A stretch of 61,843 nucleotides of DNA, the filler included, from Nitrospinae bacterium RIFCSPLOWO2_12_FULL_45_22 (lineage in GTDB: Bacteria > 2-12-FULL-45-22): NCBI GenBank assembly GCA_001803565.1. It is 6 parts of 6 records of this genome, joined end to end, with 100 filler letters (N's around TTAATTAATTAA, not from the genome) between each part and the next. Parts side by side here need not be neighbours in the genome. Positions count along the whole stretch, not along the records: positions 53,893 to 61,843 come from MHDQ01000059.1; 5 more parts are not named here. One strand, written 5' to 3'. Position numbers and translations under genes: made by a program. The notes under the pieces were generated by a model. It made no database searches. It worked only from the letters and a program-made list of their open reading frames with translations, and had not been told where the DNA came from. Positions 54,841-61,843 of the stretch are shown in pieces (position 1 is the first letter of the stretch; each line of letters opens with the position of its first letter).

Positions 54841-56307
54841 TTAGCTCCTGTGCCCGGTTGCAAAAATTGCTTGAACTCCTCTGAACGCCATCCGGAGATC
54901 ACGAAAGGACCGGAGCTTCTTGAGACGTTTCATAAGATAGGCGGGCCGGAAAAAGAAACGCCTATAGGCCTCTTTATAAGCGTGTTCTATCTCCCGGCTG
55001 CTTATAGTGGGGAGTTCCATAACATAATGATAGTAGTCATATAGGGACCAGTCCTCAGTGAGCAAATAATTATTTTCTTTGGCCCACTTATACATCTCTG
55101 AGCCAGGATAGGGGGTTGTAATGTTAAACTGGACCATATCAGGATCAACATCAATCGCAAATTGTATTGTCTTTTCGATTGTCTCCCTGGTTTCCCCTGG
55201 ATTTCCTATCATAAAAGAAAGGCGAACTTCTATCCCTGTCTCCTGGGTCATCCGGACCGCTTTACGGACTTGCTCAAGGTTGATGTTCTTTTTGATGGTA
55301 GCAAGGATTGTGGGATCGGCTGACTCTACTCCATAGCAGATAAGGTGGCAACCAGCCCGGGCCATCACGGAAAGGACTTCTGGATCGGCATAATCTACCC
55401 GCGACATACAGGTCCAGGTTAGGTCAATATGACGATCGATCAGAAGACGGCAAAGTTCTACTACCCGTGTTTTACTGGCACAAAAGGTATCATCATAGAA
55501 AGAGACCTCCCTGATTCCATAATTGCTCGTAAGGAGATCAATTTCACCGAGGATGTGCTCGGCGGAGCGGAATCTCAGATGCTTACCAAAAACCTGGCTA
55601 TTACAAAAGGTGCATCTGCCCGGACAGCCCCTGGTGGTCAAAAGACTAAGAGAGGGTTCTCGCCTGGCACTCCCCAGAGCAGTATGATACAGCTTTATAG
55701 GTAATAGATGATAAGCAGGGTAGGGGAGTTTATCAAGGTTATTTATACATACTTGTGGTCCTACATGAACCAGGTGCCCATCCTTTTTAAAGGATATCCC
55801 GTCAATAGTATTAGGGTCGTTCCCCCGAACAAGGGAGAGAAGGGGTTTTTCTCCCTCTCCCCGTATTACATAATCTACATTGAGATTGGAAAGGACCTCT
55901 TCTGGCATGATAGTAGCATGCACCCCTCCGATTACAACCAAAGCTGTACTCGTTTGTTTTACTACACGGGCCAGATCAAGGGCATTTTTTATAAGGACCG
56001 ATGTCGCCGTAATCCCGACAAATATCGGCTGGATCTGTTCAAGACGCTGGCAAAACTCCTGCTCCCGGAAATCTTCTGCCTGGTAATCTATAATCGTAGC
56101 CTTTATTCCACTTTGCTCCAGATAAGCAGCAAGGATACCGAGTCCCAACGATGGTAAACAACTTGCGACCGACTTCCAGATATTTCCCTTCTTCTTCTCC
56201 CATGGAGGGTTAAGGAGTAGGATTGACCGGTCGACGGAGGATTTCTGCTGAATAGCCATACAATCAATCCTGAAGGGGTAAAGGTCACTTTTTGAATATT
56301 TTAGCAT
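54841..56307 (-). CDS. Cobalamin-dependent radical SAM protein
   Basis: B12-binding domain (PSLGL, GGVHAT, GEGE); RGCPGRCTFC; GVES; TPYPGS. Confidence 0.9.
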   Translation of the reverse strand: MLKYSKSDLYPFRIDCMAIQQKSSVDRSILLLNPPWEKKKGNIWKSVASCLPSLGLGILAAYLEQSGIKATIIDYQAEDFREQEFCQRLEQIQPIFVGITATSVLIKNALDLARVVKQTSTALVVIGGVHATIMPEEVLSNLNVDYVIRGEGEKPLLSLVRGNDPNTIDGISFKKDGHLVHVGPQVCINNLDKLPYPAYHLLPIKLYHTALGSARREPSLSLLTTRGCPGRCTFCNSQVFGKHLRFRSAEHILGEIDLLTSNYGIREVSFYDDTFCASKTRVVELCRLLIDRHIDLTWTCMSRVDYADPEVLSVMARAGCHLICYGVESADPTILATIKKNINLEQVRKAVRMTQETGIEVRLSFMIGNPGETRETIEKTIQFAIDVDPDMVQFNITTPYPGSEMYKWAKENNYLLTEDWSLYDYYHYVMELPTISSREIEHAYKEAYRRFFFRPAYLMKRLKKLRSFRDLRMAFRGVQAIFATGHRS

Positions 56308-56463
56308 TGTCTCTCGATAGATTATCTAATAAAAAGTGAATATATTTTACCTAACTATCAAGGCCTAGTAAAGGTTTATAAACTTGGAGCACTTTTATCA
56401 GAAGCCTTCCCAGAACATTATATATATTTGATTAAAAAATACGGCCTTATTTAAGGCTTTAAC

Positions 56464-59400
56464 TTATGGGGAGGTCCGGCAATTATCCAGAAAATATGTT
56501 AAGCCAACAATTAACCAGAAAGTGCCATATAATCGTTCATCGGCAAAATTCATATAAAACAGACTTAGGACAAAAAGGCTTAAATAGATAGAGACGAGGG
56601 CCAGGGCATGTCGGGACATGGGGTCTTGAGAAGGATTAAGGCATAGCTTCAATGAGGTTTTCAGGGGTAGCAAGTACCAGAGGGCAAATAAAAACATACC
56701 CGCTATACCGAAGCCTATGCCCATAGCCAGATAGTCATTATGGGGATGAGTATAAATCTGAGGGAGAAAGTCTTTGTATTTCTTATAATATTGAGGGTAG
56801 ATGATCGGGAAGGTATAATAACCCACTCCCAATAATGGATGGTCTTTGATGATATCCCAGCATAAGGACCACATAAGTATCCGGTCATGACTGGTTTGGT
56901 CCTTCTCAGTAAAATACCTAAATAAATTGTCCAGCCAACCTTTGGTAAGCTCTTTCTGACTTAAACGGGCTATATCAGATTTATCTAGAGAAAGAAGGGG
57001 AGGGTTGATGACATTGTTTTTTGCGTCCAGCAAGAATATTTGATAGAGATTTTTAGGCATGTTAGAGATAGGGGAGTGGCCAACTTCTTCCCAGTTTCCC
57101 GTAATATCCAGAAAACTTTTAATATCTTGATTTTGATAAGGCAGCCCTGCCCCAACCACTACTCTATTTTTAATAATATCTTTCTTGTTGTCCTTCACTA
57201 GTTCTAGCACAACTTCCAATCTATTCTTTTTTAGGGTTAAATTTTTAGGTAAAGGTATCTTGTACCAGTCCCTTTCCGTTGGAAGTCCCCTCGGGAAGTT
57301 TTTCACTAATAGACCATTGGCTATGATATTAAGCTGATAATCCTTTCCCGGACCCCCCGCCAAATTTATAATCAAATCCTTATACCTATTCAGAGATCCT
57401 TTGTCTAATTGAAATACTTGCTTGATCTTATTCCCATTATTAAACAGCTCTGTAACAATAGGAATGGCATAAGTAGAATAGACACTGGAGGGTGAATCAA
57501 GGTAGATATGATAAGCACCTCCCTGGATTCCTTCCCTGATGGACAGGTCAAAATCTATCCATTTGTTCCCGTCAAACAGGAAGCTCTTAATATTTTCTGC
57601 AGCAGGGTAGTCATTACCGTAAATTTTTACCCAATTTTCTCCTTGGTCCAGTTTGCCAAAGGCTTCTAGCTCTACATTGATAAAGTCCTTGCCTGTTAAT
57701 AGGTCTTCTGGTATTTGTAGCTCATACCATCTCGGATGGACACTAATCTTATGCTCAAAAGTCTTAATAATTTTACCATCTACCCTTATCCGGAAACCAT
57801 AATTATCCCCCATGGCCCCGCTCAATAACAGATAAAGTTTCCCTCTATCTCTTTCCTTGGGCAAGAGTATCTTCTGTAAGACTTTATGATGAGGGTCAGC
57901 CAGGAACATATCCCAGTTGGGTGAAAAACCTCCTGGTGAGACAGCCTTTGGTGAAGGAGTTTGACCACCCAAAAAAATATGATAAGCCCCACGCTGGAGT
58001 CCCTCATCTGGTGAAAGGTCATAACTCTGCCAGCTTACTCCATCATAAAATAGACTCTTTACTGGGGCTCCTTCAACTAATCCTCCCCTGAGCATAAACC
58101 AATTCTCCCTGGCATCCAGCTTTCCGGTACCTTCCACTATGATCTCAATTTCTTTCTTGTTTTTACTGAGGGCGGCTGGGAGCCTTACTTTATACCAATA
58201 AGGAACTTTATTCAAATGATTGTACTGGGCAATTACCTTGCCTTCAGCTAGTATCTTGAGGCCATAACTAGGCCCAGAGCCCCCAGCCAATTCCAGATAC
58301 AAATCGGTTTCCTTTTCTTCTTCATCAATACTTATGATCTGTTTAATCTTGTATCTATTATCTGTTATTAAGCAATCCCATACCTTCACCTTCTCTTCTT
58401 GGCCCGGACAGCATCCCCTGTTTTGTCCCAAAAAGATATGATATACCCCGCTCTGGAGGCCTTTTTCTGGTGACAGGTCGTAATCTTGCCAACTGCTCCC
58501 ATCATAAAAGGCGCTCTTAATATCTGGTCCAGTTCCTGAGCTACCCTTCACTAAAAACCAGTTTTTATTAGAATCCAGCTGGCCGGTTCCTTCTAGGATA
58601 ATTTTTAGCTTCTCTTTTCCTTCTAGAATCCCTTCAGGGACCCTAACTCGGTACCATTTAGGATTATTTTCTAAGGGGCCCAATTCCTCTACTAGCTTAC
58701 CTTCTACCGATACTCTTACTCTATAATTTTTCCCGGCCCCACCGGCTAGATTGAGATATATATCCTGCTTCTCTTTTATTCTTTCTTTCAACGATATAAT
58801 CTGCTCTATCTTGTATTTGTTGTTATTGACTACTATATCCCAGCTCTTATCACCTGCTAATAACCTCCCGGCTGTTTCTTTCTGGTCTTCCCCATTACCT
58901 TTAAAGAAAAGGTAATAAACTCCTCTCTGAACCCCGCTGCGTAAGGAGAGGTCCTGATCACTCCATTTGATTCCATCATAGAGATAACTTGTGACCCTTT
59001 CCTGGCTCGGGTTTTTCCCACCATATACTACTACATAGTTATTTTTTGCCTCCAACTTTCCGTTTACCTCTAAAGACGCAATGATTTCCTTTTTATTGCG
59101 GAACATCTGTTCCGATATAGCTACCTCATACCACCTGGGAGTGGGCTCTAACTCGTCTTTGAAAACCTTGACTATTTTACCGTCCACTTTCAGGATTAAC
59201 TGATAAGCTTCACCTTTACCACCTGCAAGGTAGAGATACAACCTACCGTTAAGCGAGGTGGGAGAAGGACGGATAATTTGTCTTATTTTATGGTTTTCAT
59301 TTATCAGGTAGCACTCCCAGCTATCATCTTGTTTAAGAGGTTGAGCGCGACTTATTTCTACGTGCTGGAATAGATAAAAGGTTAATAGATAACTGACTGC

Positions 59401-60195
59401 CAGGAAAGGCAACGCAGAAAATATATATATTTGTAAAAATTTTCTTTTAGAAGAGAATGCCAGGGTTATCAGGGGAAATAAAAGGGCCAAGGCCAAATAA
59501 CCAGCCCGGGAAGAGGTAAATAAAAAGATGATTAAAGTCAAAACAGTAAAAATTATATTTTCTGTCGAGAAAATTGTCCCCTTTTTATAAACATTATGGC
59601 TAAAGATTAAAGGGAAGATCATGAATATAAATGCTACTAGCACATTTGGTCCACCGCCCCGGAAAATACCATAGACCTCCCCCATACCCTCATTAATAAA
59701 ATAAGGGTATTCTCCAATATTCAATAAATTAAAGGCCTTTAATGATTGGGCCAGGGCTAGAATTAAAACTAAAAAATACATGGCTTTATAAAAATTCATG
59801 ACCCGATAAAATTGATCTATTTTTTGGAGGTTGAATAGGACTGCAAAGACGATTAAGAAATGGAAGATAAACCATCGGAAACTTACAAAACTCTGCCGGG
59901 CAACATCTTCTGGAAATAAATCGGTCGAATGGTGCTGGGAAAAAAGACCCAGGATAATAAAACCTATCAGGGCAGGTAGTAGAAACTTCAGATCAGGAGA
60001 GAGATTTTTCTCCCTTTGTCTCAGGAAGGAAAGGGTACCGGCCAGTAAAGTGCCAGTAATAATGCCGATATTAGAAGTTAAGTGACCAGCTTGAATGGGG
60101 AAGAGAATCCCTAAAAAGAGGAAAGATAACCCTATCTCAGTTTTCCAGAAGGTAATTAAAAATGATAAACCTGTTACTAAAAAAGTTAGCAGCAT
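56464..60195 (-). CDS. O-antigen-ligase (Wzy_C)-like membrane protein with five tandem soluble repeats
   Basis: N-terminal TM block with TSSRAG; C-terminal R..MW...IKDHPLLGVG and HPHNDYL; five ~155-aa repeats between them. Confidence 0.8.
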   Translation of the reverse strand: MLLTFLVTGLSFLITFWKTEIGLSFLFLGILFPIQAGHLTSNIGIITGTLLAGTLSFLRQREKNLSPDLKFLLPALIGFIILGLFSQHHSTDLFPEDVARQSFVSFRWFIFHFLIVFAVLFNLQKIDQFYRVMNFYKAMYFLVLILALAQSLKAFNLLNIGEYPYFINEGMGEVYGIFRGGGPNVLVAFIFMIFPLIFSHNVYKKGTIFSTENIIFTVLTLIIFLFTSSRAGYLALALLFPLITLAFSSKRKFLQIYIFSALPFLAVSYLLTFYLFQHVEISRAQPLKQDDSWECYLINENHKIRQIIRPSPTSLNGRLYLYLAGGKGEAYQLILKVDGKIVKVFKDELEPTPRWYEVAISEQMFRNKKEIIASLEVNGKLEAKNNYVVVYGGKNPSQERVTSYLYDGIKWSDQDLSLRSGVQRGVYYLFFKGNGEDQKETAGRLLAGDKSWDIVVNNNKYKIEQIISLKERIKEKQDIYLNLAGGAGKNYRVRVSVEGKLVEELGPLENNPKWYRVRVPEGILEGKEKLKIILEGTGQLDSNKNWFLVKGSSGTGPDIKSAFYDGSSWQDYDLSPEKGLQSGVYHIFLGQNRGCCPGQEEKVKVWDCLITDNRYKIKQIISIDEEEKETDLYLELAGGSGPSYGLKILAEGKVIAQYNHLNKVPYWYKVRLPAALSKNKKEIEIIVEGTGKLDARENWFMLRGGLVEGAPVKSLFYDGVSWQSYDLSPDEGLQRGAYHIFLGGQTPSPKAVSPGGFSPNWDMFLADPHHKVLQKILLPKERDRGKLYLLLSGAMGDNYGFRIRVDGKIIKTFEHKISVHPRWYELQIPEDLLTGKDFINVELEAFGKLDQGENWVKIYGNDYPAAENIKSFLFDGNKWIDFDLSIREGIQGGAYHIYLDSPSSVYSTYAIPIVTELFNNGNKIKQVFQLDKGSLNRYKDLIINLAGGPGKDYQLNIIANGLLVKNFPRGLPTERDWYKIPLPKNLTLKKNRLEVVLELVKDNKKDIIKNRVVVGAGLPYQNQDIKSFLDITGNWEEVGHSPISNMPKNLYQIFLLDAKNNVINPPLLSLDKSDIARLSQKELTKGWLDNLFRYFTEKDQTSHDRILMWSLCWDIIKDHPLLGVGYYTFPIIYPQYYKKYKDFLPQIYTHPHNDYLAMGIGFGIAGMFLFALWYLLPLKTSLKLCLNPSQDPMSRHALALVSIYLSLFVLSLFYMNFADERLYGTFWLIVGLTYFLDNCRTSP

Positions 60196-61418
60196 TGGTT
60201 TGATTGAGGGATGTTTTGATGTGAGCCATTTTTGGTGATAGTTTGGATATATAGTTCTTCCATCTCCTTGATCATCTTATTAATATCAAAATGATTTTTA
60301 ACCCTTTCTTGGCCGGCTAGACCCATTTTTCCGGCCTTTTCCCTGTCTCGCAATAAGGTTAATATCCCATTGGCTAAAGCTTCCGGATTTCGGGGAGGCA
60401 CTACAATACCGGTCTCTCCCGGGATAACCATTTCAGTATTGCCACCTACATCGGTTACTACTAAGGGATTGCCAGCCGCCATACCCTCTAGTATGGCATT
60501 AGAGAGGCTTTCTTCATGAGAAGCCAGTACCTGAATATCGATCAGGGCCAGCAGGGCTGGGATATCATTCCTGGCGCCGGTAAATATTAGAGTATCCATA
60601 ATGTTTAAAGTTCGGGCTAGATTCCTGAGATCTTCTCCTATCCCATCATCCCGGCCGATTATTAAGTATTTGGTATCAGGAAATTCTTTATTAACAATGG
60701 AAGCAGCTTCTATAAATTCCCTATGTCCCTTATAGGGAATTAGATTAGCTACGATTCCTACTACTGGAGTATCCCTGTCAAGCCCTAACTGTCTCTGCAA
60801 TTCGGCCAAATCATTACCAGTGTTATGACTATATTGAGCGGTATCAATGCCATTATAAATTAACTTAATCTTTTTTGCTAAGTGCTTCCCCCGCTGGCTT
60901 TCTATCTCTCGTAATTTATTAGAATTAACGGTTATGACATCCGTTGTTTTATCTATAAATTTTTCTATTATGTCAAGAAAAGGCTTTTCCTGGCGATAAG
61001 TTCCTAAACCCCTCTTCCCTACAAAGAAGGTTGGTACCCGGGCTAATCGCGATGCCAGAAAACCCATAATATAAGCCGCTGGGAGATAGGCATGGACAAT
61101 ATGGGGCTTTTCTCGTCTTAAGAAACGTACCAGTTGATAAAAAACCCCAAGGGAGGAAAACAAATTCCCTATTTTTAGCCTGCCATTCGAGCGAAGCCCT
61201 GGATAATTAAACACTTCTACACGTATTTTTTCTTTTTCAAATTCTGCTTGTAGTTCGCCCCTCCCCATTAAACTTATAACCAGGGGATCGAATCTCTCTT
61301 TATCGATCCTTTTTGTAACCTCCAGGATATGTTTCTCGGTGCCACCGATCTCTAGCTTAACGGTTAGAAAGGCAACCTTTATCTTTTTCATTACCCTTTT
61401 TCCCCTTGCATCTGCCAA
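60186..61418 (-). CDS. Glycosyltransferase family 4
   Basis: GGTEK, IYNGID, KGH, EESLSNAILEGMA, TDVGG. Confidence 0.92.
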   Translation of the reverse strand: MADARGKRVMKKIKVAFLTVKLEIGGTEKHILEVTKRIDKERFDPLVISLMGRGELQAEFEKEKIRVEVFNYPGLRSNGRLKIGNLFSSLGVFYQLVRFLRREKPHIVHAYLPAAYIMGFLASRLARVPTFFVGKRGLGTYRQEKPFLDIIEKFIDKTTDVITVNSNKLREIESQRGKHLAKKIKLIYNGIDTAQYSHNTGNDLAELQRQLGLDRDTPVVGIVANLIPYKGHREFIEAASIVNKEFPDTKYLIIGRDDGIGEDLRNLARTLNIMDTLIFTGARNDIPALLALIDIQVLASHEESLSNAILEGMAAGNPLVVTDVGGNTEMVIPGETGIVVPPRNPEALANGILTLLRDREKAGKMGLAGQERVKNHFDINKMIKEMEELYIQTITKNGSHQNIPQSNQCC

Positions 61419-61578
61419 CCGTATAAACCCGGAAGGTGAAATAATAACATTTTTTAACTCAGTCCTACTCGCCTAATCTTTTAGGTCTTCTTTATCATAA
61501 TAGGCTCTAGGTAGGTGCTGCCAATCGTAATCGTTCACCAAATGTTCTCTATCATTATCATTTACTCTGGATTTAGGT

Positions 61579-61843
61579 TTATTCTATGCTAGAGGTAATA
61601 TTGCTTGGAGTGGGTCTTTCCCGGTATATATCTACTTCGGTTAAGGCAACTTTGGCTCCTTCTATTGGCTGGAGGCATATTTTAACATACCGCGCTCTCG
61701 TATCAATCTTTCCTGAATAAAGGATAAACGAACCCTGGCTAATGAAAGGGTGTTTGGGAAAGCTATCGGCCAAATGATAATCTTGGCCTTCTTTACTTAA
61801 ATAGATATCGGTTTTAGGAAAGACATAGTCAGGAAAATGATAA
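61579..61843 (-). CDS. C-terminal fragment of a discoidin/F5-8 type C-like domain protein
   Basis: ARYVKI...ALTEVDIY; open to the window end. Confidence 0.5.
   Translation of the reverse strand, partial: YHFPDYVFPKTDIYLSKEGQDYHLADSFPKHPFISQGSFILYSGKIDTRARYVKICLQPIEGAKVALTEVDIYRERPTPSNITSSIE

Overview
The window is six unlinked contigs joined by artificial N-TTAATTAATTAA-N linkers (8784-8883, 21696-21795, 30774-30873, 44191-44290, 53793-53892). The source is an anaerobic, probably diderm bacterium, and no gene neighbourhood should be inferred across the linkers. Contig 1 is a CoA-dependent anaerobic catabolism operon. Its HgdA/BcrB-type Fe-S subunit is split by an in-frame TGA at a conserved Cys position and followed by a SECIS-like hairpin, so it is a probable selenoprotein. 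Contig 2 has a TA pair and a surface-glycan operon that runs straight into a RiPP cluster: RRE/PqqD, radical SAM/SPASM, an unannotated 57-aa Cys-rich precursor ending in Ser, an HPr-kinase-like protein, an S24/S26 peptidase and a nucleotidyltransferase. Contig 3 has a ttuA-type gene split by a 3.8-kb non-canonical integron-like island, followed by hppA, pth and rplY. The island holds a tyrosine recombinase that lacks the IntI insertion and is co-oriented with an array of attC-like cassettes. Contig 4 has tRNA-Val, thrS-infC-rpmI-rplT-pheST-zapBA, tRNA-Leu with a small integrase island, and a subtilase with a stand-alone prodomain paralogue. Contig 5 has two convergent 2-oxoacid:ferredoxin oxidoreductase operons, a repeat-invaded tmk, UbiD, and a HigBA attC cassette inserted into a MITE end. 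Contig 6 has glycosylation genes, including an O-antigen-ligase-like protein with five internal repeats. Intergenic DNA is full of palindromic elements; many share an 11-bp terminal inverted repeat and some have 8-bp target duplications. All family calls come from motif recognition by eye; no searches were run.
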